A stretch of 64,000 nucleotides of DNA from Acidobacteriota bacterium (GTDB lineage Bacteria > Acidobacteriota > Vicinamibacteria > Vicinamibacterales > 2-12-FULL-66-21): NCBI GenBank assembly GCA_046735335.1, contig JBKPTE010000038.1, forward strand, positions 6,707 to 70,706, in the 5' to 3' direction. Below the pieces are notes generated by a model that searched no databases, had not been told where the DNA came from, and saw only the letters and a list, made by a program, of their open reading frames with translations. The stretch's first letter is position 1. Each line of letters starts with the position of its first letter. The position numbers were made by a program, and so were the translations under genes. Positions 18,346 through 26,942 of the stretch are shown piece after piece.

Positions 18346-18915
18346 TCATTCCTCGGGCACGTCCCGCGAGTTCCAGTAGCGGCCGAACTCGTCGAGAAAC
18401 GTCAGGGTATCGAACGATTTCATCCGGTCGAAGAACAGGACGCCGTCGAGATGGTCGGTCTCGTGCTGGATCACCCGGGCGGTGAAGCCGCGAGTGCGAA
18501 TCTCGACCCGGCGTCCCTTCCGGTCCAAGGCCTTCACCTGAATAGCGGAGGCGCGCGGCACCTTGCCGCGAATGTCGGGAATGCTGAGGCAGCCTTCCCA
18601 GTCCTCCACGATGCCGGTTCCGACAGTCTCGATCTCAGGGTTGATCAGCGCCATCAGAGGCACGTTGCGATCGTCCTCGCCTTCCTTTTCCTTGGCGTCC
18701 CCCGGGCGGTCGGGCTCGAATCCCGCGACAAACAGCCGAAGGCCAACATGGACCTGCGGAGCCGCCAGCCCCACGCCTTGATACTCGTGCATCGTCTCGA
18801 ACATGTCGTCGATGAGCTGCTGGACGTGCGGAGACTTGATCTCGGAGGGGTCGATCGCCTTCGCGCGCGCGCGAAGGACAGGATGGCCCATGCGCGCGAC
18901 CTTTAGGATGGACAC
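18346..18915 (-). CDS. def: peptide deformylase
   Basis: 189 aa. Motifs GVGLAAPQ, EGCLSIP, HETDHLDG. GTG start. Confidence 0.93.
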   Translation of the reverse strand: MSILKVARMGHPVLRARAKAIDPSEIKSPHVQQLIDDMFETMHEYQGVGLAAPQVHVGLRLFVAGFEPDRPGDAKEKEGEDDRNVPLMALINPEIETVGTGIVEDWEGCLSIPDIRGKVPRASAIQVKALDRKGRRVEIRTRGFTARVIQHETDHLDGVLFFDRMKSFDTLTFLDEFGRYWNSRDVPEE

Positions 18916-18929
18916 GGATTGATTGTACT

Positions 18930-19121
18930 GGGTTGACAGGGTTCGGGGTTCACGGGGTTCACGGGTTCAGGGCTGGGGTTCTGGGTTCGGGGTCCGGGGT
19001 GCAAGGTCCGCGATGAATTCTGTGAACATTGCGAACCCCTGCGAACCCAGCCATGAACCGTGAACCGTCCGAACCCTGCGAACCCCGCCATGCGAACCCT
19101 GTGAACCCGGAACCCCGCGAA
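18930..19121. repeat. inverted word arrays: about 7 GGGTTC words (18930-18999) facing about 10 GAACCC words (19022-19121)
   Basis: Fills the divergent def/lipoprotein intergenic region. Word period is 7-9 nt. Confidence 0.88.
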
Positions 19122-19185
19122 GCCTTGCTATACTCAACCTTCCCCAACAACCCAGGTCCTATCCTCCAACCGATAAATCACTTCG

Positions 19186-19644
19186 ATGAACAAACATCTG
19201 TTCGCCTGCTTTTTTGCCGCGCTGGCCGCCGTTTCGCTGGCGGGCTGCTTCGGATTCGAACATACGAGCACGCTGACGGGCCCTTCGGCCTCCGGGGTCA
19301 ATGCCTTGATGGGAAGCTGGACGTCGGCGTCGGTCGTACCATCACCCTCGTCCTGCACCGACTTCAAGTGGAACGTAACGGAACAGACCGCCACGACGGC
19401 GAAGGGATCGTTCAGCGCGACGTGCGCGAACGATTTGAAGGTTGCCGGAACGGCCGAAGGGACGCTGAGCGGCTCGACGATCGCGTGGACCGCCGCCGGA
19501 AACGCGACGGCTCCGAGCCTTTCGTCGTGCGCCATCACGCTGGCGGGCACCGCCGAGATCGGCACGGATTCCATTCGAGTGCCTTACTCCGGCGATACCT
19601 GCCTCGGGAAGGTCAGCGGCGTAGAGGTTCTGAAGCGGCGTTGA
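19186..19644 (+). CDS. hypothetical small lipoprotein
   Basis: 152 aa. Signal/lipobox AAVSLAGC. No recognisable domain. Confidence 0.6.
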   Translation: MNKHLFACFFAALAAVSLAGCFGFEHTSTLTGPSASGVNALMGSWTSASVVPSPSSCTDFKWNVTEQTATTAKGSFSATCANDLKVAGTAEGTLSGSTIAWTAAGNATAPSLSSCAITLAGTAEIGTDSIRVPYSGDTCLGKVSGVEVLKRR

Positions 19645-19649
19645 GAACG

Positions 19650-19676
19650 GGCCGGGTCTCATGACCCGGCCTACAG
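19650..19676. repeat. REP-like hairpin (GGCCGGGTC-TCAT-GACCCGGCC + TACAG), convergent terminator position
   Basis: Perfect 9-bp stem between two convergent stops. Same family as 8953-8976 and 39424-39507. Confidence 0.8.
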
Positions 19677-19684
19677 ATACCAGA

Positions 19685-20695
19685 TCAGCCTCTCAGCTCG
19701 TCGGCTGACCTGGCGCCGTAGAAGGCGTACCACGGGCGCGCGGGCGTCAGGTGATCGTTGACGTTGGTGATGTTCTTCACGCCTTCCGACTGCAGCCACT
19801 GCTGGAATGCGGCGGCGCCCTGTTTCGCGTACACAGGGATGCCGTCCTTCCATGTGGCGCGTCCGCAGAGCACGCCTGAGAACGGCACGCCCGATTCGGC
19901 GGCGAGCTCGAGCGATTCGGTGAACTCGGCGTTGCTGACGCCGGCGGACAGATAGATGAATGGCTTCGTCGCGACGTCGGCCGCGCGCCTGAACGCGTCC
20001 TTCGCTTCGTCCTTCGAGTAGACCTTCGTTCCGCCGAACGCCTTCGTCCCTTCGACGAACTTCATGTTGATCGGGACTTCGACCTTCAACACGTCGACGT
20101 TGTAGCGGTCCTTCGTGAACTCGCGCATGCTGCCGAGCACGACTCCGGGCTTCTTGCGCGCGAACTCCGCGCCCTTTTCGTCGGCGCCTTCTTCGTAGCC
20201 GACCAACTCGAGGAAGAACGGGATGTCGTTCGAACGGCACTCGTCGCCAATCCGGTCGACCCACGCGTGCTTCTTGTCGTTGACGTCCTTCGGGTCGTCG
20301 GGCGTGTAGTACAGCAGGATCTTGATGCAGTCGGCACCGGCTTCCTTCAGCCGGCGGACGGACCAGTCGTCGAGGAGATCGGGCAGCCGTCCTGGGCCCG
20401 TCTTGTCGTAGCCCGTCTTCTCGTACGCGAGGAGGAGGCCGGCGTTCCTGTCGCGGCGCTTGCTCGCTGGAAGGCCCCATTCGGGATCGAGGAGGATCGC
20501 GCTCGCGTGCTTCGTCAGCACCTCGGTCACGAGCGTCTTGAACTCCTCCATGTCATGGTCGCCGACGCTGCCGCCGCGCTCCTTCGCGAGAGCCTTCTGC
20601 AGCGATCCGCGCTGATCCATCGCTGCCGCGGCAATGACGCCGCGCGCGTCCGACACGGCCTTCATGCCGGCCAGCTTCCCTGCTGTCATCTTCAC
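19685..20695 (-). CDS. tagatose-bisphosphate aldolase family protein (LacD-like class I aldolase)
   Basis: 336 aa with full-length LacD-like pattern (AAAMDQRGSL, ILLDPEWG, DVLKVEVP, YLSAGV). Confidence 0.8.
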   Translation of the reverse strand: MKMTAGKLAGMKAVSDARGVIAAAAMDQRGSLQKALAKERGGSVGDHDMEEFKTLVTEVLTKHASAILLDPEWGLPASKRRDRNAGLLLAYEKTGYDKTGPGRLPDLLDDWSVRRLKEAGADCIKILLYYTPDDPKDVNDKKHAWVDRIGDECRSNDIPFFLELVGYEEGADEKGAEFARKKPGVVLGSMREFTKDRYNVDVLKVEVPINMKFVEGTKAFGGTKVYSKDEAKDAFRRAADVATKPFIYLSAGVSNAEFTESLELAAESGVPFSGVLCGRATWKDGIPVYAKQGAAAFQQWLQSEGVKNITNVNDHLTPARPWYAFYGARSADELRG

Positions 20696-20767
20696 GTGTG
20701 ACTCCTGGCTCGAAATCGTGTGGCGTGCCGCTGCGGCATGCCTACAGCTGTCCCCAAACCTCTCATT

Positions 20768-21973
20768 TTATCGCGGCGGAGCCTCGGCGTGGTCCGTAAC
20801 GGCCCTGCGCGATTCCGGAAACGTGAACGTCTCGATCGAAGAGGTGCGGACAACCGATTCGATCATCTCGTCGATCGCGAGCGGCTGCTCTGCCTGTTCC
20901 ACCTCGAAGCGCTGCGCCTTCGTCGCCGGGTGACGGGGCGTGAAGAGCGTGCAGCAATCCTGATCGGGGATGATCGACACGGGATACGTCCCAAGCCGCT
21001 GCGCCTCGAGAGTGATCTCCTCCTTGTCCATCCCGACGAGCGGACGAAGCACCGGCAGCGTGGCCACGCTGCCGATCACCGACAGGTTCTCGATCGTCTG
21101 CGATGCGACCTGCCCGACCACTTCTCCTGTGACGAGCGCCTGCGCGCGCTCCTGCCGTGCGATGCGTTCCGCAATGCGCAGCATCAGGCGGCGATAGATG
21201 ACGACCCGCAGCGGCGGCGCGACGGAGAGGACGACCTTCTGCTGCAGCTCGCCGAACGGCACGAGGAACAATCGCGAATGGAATTGAAATCGCGTCAGCA
21301 TGCGCGCCAGCTCGCGCGCCTTCTCCTGCGACGCGCGGGAGAGAATCGGATAGCTGTGGAAGTGCACGAACAGGACGCGGCAGCCCCTCCGCATCATCCG
21401 CCAGGACGCGACGGGCGAGTCGATGCCGCCCGACAGGAGCGCGACGACGCGCCCGCTCGCGCCGACGGGAAGCCCGCCCGGCCCGCGTTCCTTGCCGAAG
21501 AAGTAGAACGCGTCGGTGCTCAGCGCTTCGACGTGAATCGTCAGCGCCGGCGCGTCCAGGTTCACCGTCCAGCCTCGCGCCTCCTTGATCCGGCCGCCGA
21601 CCTCGCGTTCGATCTGTGGTGACGTGAGCGGGAACCGCTTGTCGGCCCGGCGCGCCGACACGCGGAAGCTGGCCGGATTGTCGGGACCGAGATCGTCGAG
21701 GATCTCTCGCGCGATTGCGTCGACATCCAGGGGCGCTCGGCCGGCCCGGGCGAAATTCCCGATGCCGAACACGTCGCGCAGCCGGTCCCTCACCGCTTCC
21801 CAGCTCGCCGCCGGGCCGAGCACGAGCTCGATACGCCCCATCAGCACACGCACGTCCTGGATATCCAGGTCCTCGGTCGCCTGGCGGATGTTGCGGACCA
21901 GGCGCGCGATGAACCAGGGGCGGTTCTTCCCTTTGAGCGCGATCTCCTGGTAGTGGATGACGATCGATTTCAT
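20768..21973 (-). CDS. thiI: tRNA 4-thiouridine(8) synthase
   Basis: THUMP region plus PP-loop LLSGGIDSPVA. I chose ATG 21973 because it overlaps the hpnE stop (ATGA). The longer 22036 start adds only a TRTRARTRT low-complexity tail. Confidence 0.88.
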   Translation of the reverse strand: MKSIVIHYQEIALKGKNRPWFIARLVRNIRQATEDLDIQDVRVLMGRIELVLGPAASWEAVRDRLRDVFGIGNFARAGRAPLDVDAIAREILDDLGPDNPASFRVSARRADKRFPLTSPQIEREVGGRIKEARGWTVNLDAPALTIHVEALSTDAFYFFGKERGPGGLPVGASGRVVALLSGGIDSPVASWRMMRRGCRVLFVHFHSYPILSRASQEKARELARMLTRFQFHSRLFLVPFGELQQKVVLSVAPPLRVVIYRRLMLRIAERIARQERAQALVTGEVVGQVASQTIENLSVIGSVATLPVLRPLVGMDKEEITLEAQRLGTYPVSIIPDQDCCTLFTPRHPATKAQRFEVEQAEQPLAIDEMIESVVRTSSIETFTFPESRRAVTDHAEAPPR

Positions 21974-23358
21974 GTGCGGCGTGCGGGTGCGTGCGCGAGT
22001 GCGGGTGCGGACGGGGTTGGCGATGGCGGAAGGCAACGGTTCGCCGCCGCCGCGGCACGGTGCCCGGCAACCGCCGCGCTCTCAATTGTGCCCGGCAACC
22101 CCGTGTCGATCCAGTCGCCGGCGAGGAAGAGCCAGGGCAGGGGCGTCGCGACCCCCGGCCTCTGCGGCGCGTCCGGTGCCAGCGAGAACGTCGCGCGCTT
22201 CTCGCGGACGACAGTCCCGCGGACGAGCGTCGCGGCCGCGGCTCCCGGAATGGATTCCCTCACTTCACGCGCCGCCCGCGCGACGAGCGCCTCGGCGTCC
22301 AGCCCCACGAGCTCCTCTGCGCCGCTGGACACGAGCGACAGATGCGACGCCTGCTCGCCAAACACGCGGCGCTTGTCGAACACCCACTGCATCGCCCGCC
22401 CGGGAAGCCCCGTGAACGAATCGTTCATCACGGGACGGTCGTACCAGAGGTTCACGGTCACGATCGGCTTCGATTCCAGCGCTGACGCGTCCCGCACGAC
22501 GTGCTCGAGCGCGCCGATGTCGCCCGAGAACAACGAGCCGAGATCGAACCATGGCACCGCGGCGATGACGAGACGCGCGGCAACAGGGTCGCCCCGGCTC
22601 TCGATCCCTGCCAGACGTCCGCCATCGAGGTGTACGCGCGACAGCGCATTCAGCCGCACCTCTCCGCCGCGCTCCGCGATGTAGCGTTCCGCGGGAAGCG
22701 CATACATCTCGTCGAGCGGCTTCAGCGGCATGGCCAGCGACGCATCGGTTGGCTCGCGCCCGAACATCGCGGCGAGCACTCGAACGAACGGCTCGGCCGC
22801 CGCTTCGGACGGGGACTGATTCAGCGCCGCCACGGCCAGCGGCTCCCAGAGCCACTCGCGCAAACGCCCTCCCTGACCGTGGCGCGTCAACCACGACGCG
22901 ACGGTCTCGCCGTCACGAACATCGAGGCTGCCGCGCCTCGCTCGCAGCAGCGGTCCGGCGAGCCGCAACGCGCGCACGCGATCGCTCCACGAAAGCGCGC
23001 TCCAGCGGAAGACGCCCGCCAGCAGGTGCAGGGGCGAAGGAAGGGACGGACACTGGAGGACGCTGCGGCGCCCCTGCCCGTCCAGGTAGGGCACCTCGAG
23101 GGTGGGCTGCACGGCAACGTTCGATTCGGCGCCGATTCGCCGAAGAAACCGGAACGTCTCCCGATAGCAGCCGAACAGGACGTGCTGGCCGTTGTCGACG
23201 CGTTCGCCGGTCGCCCGATCCGCGAACGCCGTCGCGCGGCCGCCCAGACGTCCTCGCGCCTCGAGCACGATCACGGATCGGCCCGATTCGACGAGGGCGC
23301 TGGCCGCCGCGAGTCCCGCGACGCCGCCGCCGACGACCGCGACGTCGAAACGGCTCAT
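21970..23358 (-). CDS. hpnE: hydroxysqualene dehydroxylase (FAD-dependent, phytoene-desaturase-like)
   Basis: 462 aa. N-terminal VAVVGGGVAGLAAA and VLEARGRLGGR, in context directly after hpnC and hpnD. Confidence 0.85.
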   Translation of the reverse strand: MSRFDVAVVGGGVAGLAAASALVESGRSVIVLEARGRLGGRATAFADRATGERVDNGQHVLFGCYRETFRFLRRIGAESNVAVQPTLEVPYLDGQGRRSVLQCPSLPSPLHLLAGVFRWSALSWSDRVRALRLAGPLLRARRGSLDVRDGETVASWLTRHGQGGRLREWLWEPLAVAALNQSPSEAAAEPFVRVLAAMFGREPTDASLAMPLKPLDEMYALPAERYIAERGGEVRLNALSRVHLDGGRLAGIESRGDPVAARLVIAAVPWFDLGSLFSGDIGALEHVVRDASALESKPIVTVNLWYDRPVMNDSFTGLPGRAMQWVFDKRRVFGEQASHLSLVSSGAEELVGLDAEALVARAAREVRESIPGAAAATLVRGTVVREKRATFSLAPDAPQRPGVATPLPWLFLAGDWIDTGLPGTIESAAVAGHRAAAAANRCLPPSPTPSAPALAHAPARRT

Positions 23359-24227
23359 CGTCCGATCGCGAGCGTGCGCAGCCAGACCGTTGCGGCAATC
23401 AGCGCGCGGCGCGGACGCGGTACGCGGATCACGCGAGAAAAGACGTCGTAATCCGCCGCCTCGATGCGATCGAGAATGCCGCGGTAGATCGCGCCCATGA
23501 TCCGGGCGGCGACCATCCGGCGGGCGTCCTCCCGCGGCAGCGCGACAGCGGCGCGCTGGTAATAGCCGCGCGCGCGCGCAGCGTGGGCCGCGAGCAGCCG
23601 CTTGACAGCCGGCGAATGCACGCCGCCGCCCGCAGATGCAATCTCGCCCGCGAGATCTTCCTCACGGCAGCCCGTCGCCGCGAAGTCCTCCTGCGGGACG
23701 TAGACGCGGCCGCGCGCGAAGTCACCCGGAATGTCCCTGAGGATGTTCGTCAACTGCAGCGCAACGCCAAGCTCGATCGCGTACTGCCGTGATGCGGGAT
23801 TCTCGTACCCGAAGATCTCCACGCACATCAGCCCGACCGCGGATGCAACGCGGATGCAGTACTCGTACAGGTCTCGGAACGTCTCATAGCGCCGGGGCCG
23901 CAGATCCATCTCGACACCTTCGATCAACGCGTCGAAAGCGGACCGCGGAAGGCTGAAACGATCGACAAACGGCTGCAGCGCCCGTCCCTGCGGCGTTGCA
24001 GGCGGCTGGCCATCGAAGCACCTCGCCAGTTCGGCCCTCCACGATCGAATGGCGGCTTCCGGATCTCCGTGGCCGCTTCCCGCCTCGTCGACCGAGTCGT
24101 CCACCGCACGGCAGAAGTCCCACACTGCGACGATGGCCCTGCGCTTTTCCGGCGGCAGGACGAGAAACGAGTAGTAGAAGCTCGTATCGCGGGCCACGGT
24201 CAGGTGCGAGGCGGTCGCCTCCGCCAC
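23355..24227 (-). CDS. hpnD: presqualene diphosphate synthase
   Basis: 290 aa. Squalene/phytoene synthase fold with SFYYSF, AVWDFCRAVDDSVDE and NILRDI. Confidence 0.85.
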   Translation of the reverse strand: MAEATASHLTVARDTSFYYSFLVLPPEKRRAIVAVWDFCRAVDDSVDEAGSGHGDPEAAIRSWRAELARCFDGQPPATPQGRALQPFVDRFSLPRSAFDALIEGVEMDLRPRRYETFRDLYEYCIRVASAVGLMCVEIFGYENPASRQYAIELGVALQLTNILRDIPGDFARGRVYVPQEDFAATGCREEDLAGEIASAGGGVHSPAVKRLLAAHAARARGYYQRAAVALPREDARRMVAARIMGAIYRGILDRIEAADYDVFSRVIRVPRPRRALIAATVWLRTLAIGR

Positions 24228-25072
24228 GTGAGCACCTGCCAGATCAGAACGGGACCGTCCGTGGCGGGGCTCAGGGTCGGACGCCGCGAGAAGACGTCGA
24301 AGTGCACGGCTTCCAGCTTATCGAGAATACGGACACCTCCCAGCCACGTCGCGCGCAGCTCCCACCGGAGGCGGCCGCGCACCGCATCGCACACCGTTCG
24401 CCCTGCCTCGAACAGCGCGCGCGTCCGGCGCCCTGCGTCTTCGAGCGCGCTGCGCCACTCACGCGTCACGCGGCGATCCGCAAGATCCTCCTCGCGCGCA
24501 CCGGCCTCCTTCCGGATCTCGAGCGGCACGTAGATGCGCCCCTTCGCGTGGTCGCGTTCGAGGTCCTGCCAGAAGTTCGTCAGTTGCAGCGCCGTGCACA
24601 CCGCATCGGACGCGCGATCGATGCGCTCGTCGTCGTATCCGGCGATTCGCAGGACGAGGCGCCCCACGGGGTTCGCCGAACGGCGGCAGTAGTCGAGCAG
24701 ATCGGTCCACGTCGCGTAGCGCGTGACGGTCACGTCCTGTTTGAAGGCGCTCAGCAGATCCGAGAGCAGCACGGGCGGAAGACGGCACTCGCGAATCGTC
24801 GCCCCGAGCGCCTCGAACACCTGCGTATGCGGACCGCCAGGGTCGTCGGCTCCGGCGGCCGCCGCCTGGAGACGCCGGTCCCAGCGATCGAGCGCGTCGA
24901 GGCGCGCCTGAGGCGCTTCCGATCCTTCGTCGGCGAAGTCGTCCGCGATGCGGGCGAACGCATAGACCGCCGCCACGTGCGGCCGCATGAAGGAGGGCAG
25001 CAGGTGGGATGCGACCGGAAAGTTTTCGTAGTGCGCGCGGGCGATCGCCTCGCAGTACTCGTAGGCGCTCAC
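24200..25072 (-). CDS. hpnC: squalene synthase HpnC
   Basis: GTG 25072 overlaps the pduO stop (GTGA). Motifs HYENFPVAS, YAFARIADDFADE, NFWQDL. The longer ORF N-terminus (to 25324) overlaps pduO and I rejected it. Confidence 0.85.
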   Translation of the reverse strand: MSAYEYCEAIARAHYENFPVASHLLPSFMRPHVAAVYAFARIADDFADEGSEAPQARLDALDRWDRRLQAAAAGADDPGGPHTQVFEALGATIRECRLPPVLLSDLLSAFKQDVTVTRYATWTDLLDYCRRSANPVGRLVLRIAGYDDERIDRASDAVCTALQLTNFWQDLERDHAKGRIYVPLEIRKEAGAREEDLADRRVTREWRSALEDAGRRTRALFEAGRTVCDAVRGRLRWELRATWLGGVRILDKLEAVHFDVFSRRPTLSPATDGPVLIWQVLTWRRRPPRT

Positions 25073-25617
25073 CACTCGCGTTCGGGAACGCCGGATCGGT
25101 GGTTGGCGGTCCTCGCCATCACGAAGAGCAGGTCGGACAGGCGATTCACGTAGGTGAGAACGACTGGATCGACGCTCCCGGGCGTCGCCGCGAGCGCAAC
25201 GATGGCGCGCTCGGCGCGGCGGCAGACAGTCCGCGCCACGTGCAGCGCGGCGCCGGTCGTGGAGCCGCCCGCGAGGACGAAGCGGCGAAGCGCGGGAAGC
25301 TTCGCGTCCAGGGCGTCGATCCACTCCTCGAGCCGCGCGACGTCCTCCGGCGCAACGGCAGATGCCTTCGTGACGCGCTCCGCGATGCGATGACGCGGAT
25401 CCGCGAGCCGCGCGCCAATCGCGAAGAGATCTCGCTGAATGTGCTCGAGCATCACGTCCAGCTCCGGATCCTGAGTACCGGCGCGCACGAACCCGAGCCA
25501 GGCGTTCAGCTCGTCGACGTCACCGTAGGTCGCCACACGTGCATCGCCCTTCGACACGCGCGTGCCGTCGAACAGTGCGGTGTCCCCTTCGTCTCCAGTC
25601 CTGGTGTAGATTTTCAC
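25069..25617 (-). CDS. ATP:cob(I)alamin adenosyltransferase, PduO type
   Basis: GTG 25617 gives VKIYTRTGDEGDT..., the canonical PduO-type N-terminus. The upstream part of the ORF lies inside a tandem repeat. Confidence 0.88.
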   Translation of the reverse strand: MKIYTRTGDEGDTALFDGTRVSKGDARVATYGDVDELNAWLGFVRAGTQDPELDVMLEHIQRDLFAIGARLADPRHRIAERVTKASAVAPEDVARLEEWIDALDAKLPALRRFVLAGGSTTGAALHVARTVCRRAERAIVALAATPGSVDPVVLTYVNRLSDLLFVMARTANHRSGVPEREW

Positions 25618-25634
25618 GGCGAGGTCGATTATAC

Positions 25635-25790
25635 GGGCCGCGGACTTACGCGGACAACGCGGGCCGCGGACTGACGCGGACAACGCGGGCCGCGGACTTG
25701 CGCGGACAACGCGGGCCGCGGACTGACGCGGACAACGCGGGCCGCGGACTGACGCGGACAACGTGGGCCGCGGACTTGCGCGGACGACGC
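25635..25790. repeat. six tandem copies of a 26-bp unit (GGGCCGCGGACTnnCGCGGACAACGC)
   Basis: Copies start at 25635, 25661, 25687, 25713, 25739 and 25765. They differ only at 2-3 positions and carry an internal GCGGAC sub-word. No spacers. Confidence 0.93.
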
Positions 25791-25836
25791 GGACGAGGTG
25801 ACGTGGCGTGCAACTTCAGTTGCGCGGACGGAGGCG

Positions 25837-26538
25837 ATGAAAGCACCTATTCGTTCACACGCTGCGCACCTCATCGCCCCAGCGGCACGGCAGCGTTTCA
25901 GGCGCCGCCTTCTCGAATGGTATCGCCGCCACGGACGGGACCTCCCGTGGCGCCAGACGAGCGATCCGTACCACATCCTCGTCTCCGAGGTGATGCTGCA
26001 GCAGACGCAGGTCGATCGCGTGCTGCCGAAATATCGCGAGTGGCTCGACAAATATCCCACGTTGCACGCGCTCGCGTCGGCCCCCGAACAGGACGTCCGA
26101 GAGACCTGGAGGCCGCTCGGCTACAACATCCGTCCGCAGCGGCTCCACGCCATCGCGCGCGAATCGGTCGCAAGGTACGGTGGAGCGCTGCCTTCCGATG
26201 AGGCCACGCTGCGATCGTTCAAGGGGATTGGCGAGTACACCGCGGGGGCGGTGCTGAGCTTCGCGTTCGGCCAGCGCGCGGCCATCCTCGACACGAATGT
26301 CGCGCGCGTGCTGTTCCGGGTGTTCGTGGGCCGCGGCAATCCGAAAGGGCACGCCATGAAGCGGCACTTGTGGAGCATCTCCCGCACGGTGCTGCCGCGG
26401 CGGCACGTCTTCGATTTCAATCAGGCGTTGATGGATTTCGGCGCGACCGTCTGCGTCGCGAGGAAGCCGAAATGTCTCGTGTGCCCGATGAGCTCCGCGT
26501 GCGCGGCGTACCCGTTCAACCCGGAAGGGGAAGCGTGA
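25837..26538 (+). CDS. mutY: A/G-specific adenine glycosylase, catalytic domain only (MutY-type HhH-GPD with 4Fe-4S)
   Basis: 233 aa. Motifs LVSEVMLQQT, GIGEYTAGAV, DTNVARV and the FeS loop C-x6-C-x2-C-x5-C. There is no C-terminal NUDIX-like domain. Confidence 0.85.
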   Translation: MKAPIRSHAAHLIAPAARQRFRRRLLEWYRRHGRDLPWRQTSDPYHILVSEVMLQQTQVDRVLPKYREWLDKYPTLHALASAPEQDVRETWRPLGYNIRPQRLHAIARESVARYGGALPSDEATLRSFKGIGEYTAGAVLSFAFGQRAAILDTNVARVLFRVFVGRGNPKGHAMKRHLWSISRTVLPRRHVFDFNQALMDFGATVCVARKPKCLVCPMSSACAAYPFNPEGEA

Positions 26539-26942
26539 ACGAGCATGCAACCGAGCCGCGCCTCGTAGTGGCGGCTGCAGTGATCGAGCGCGACGAGGCG
26601 TACCTCGTGACGCGGCGCCAGCGCGGTGTGCACCTCGAAGGGTACTGGGAGTTTCCCGGCGGCAAATGCGAGCACGCAGAGTCCCTGCACGACTGTCTGC
26701 GGCGCGAGCTCGTCGAAGAACTGGGAGTGGACGCCTGGATCGGCGGCGAGATCCTCTCGGTCACGCACCGGTATCCCGAACGAACGGTGGAGCTGCATTT
26801 CATCGCGTGCGAGCTACGTGGAACGCCCCGGCCGCTGCTCGGCCAGGAGATGCGCTGGGCTCGTCGCGATGAGCTGCACGATCTGCGCTTCCCGCCGGCA
26901 GACGAACAACTCATCGCACTGCTGATGGATCATTCCTCCTGA
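26535..26942 (+). CDS. mutT: NUDIX hydrolase, 8-oxo-dGTP diphosphatase-like
   Basis: 135 aa. GTG overlaps the mutY stop (GTGA). Intact Nudix box GGKCEHAESLHDCLRRELVEELGV. Confidence 0.85.
   Translation: MNEHATEPRLVVAAAVIERDEAYLVTRRQRGVHLEGYWEFPGGKCEHAESLHDCLRRELVEELGVDAWIGGEILSVTHRYPERTVELHFIACELRGTPRPLLGQEMRWARRDELHDLRFPPADEQLIALLMDHSS

Noticed and set aside
25073-25761. Long N-terminal extensions of the hpnC ORF (to 25324) and the pduO ORF (to 25761).
   Set aside because: The extensions overlap the upstream gene or the 26-bp tandem repeat, and they lack similarity to the families. The internal GTG starts give canonical N-termini and GTGA coupling.
25635-25790. Possible CRISPR array.
   Set aside because: The 26-bp units are directly abutting with no unique spacers, and no cas genes are nearby. 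It is a plain tandem repeat.
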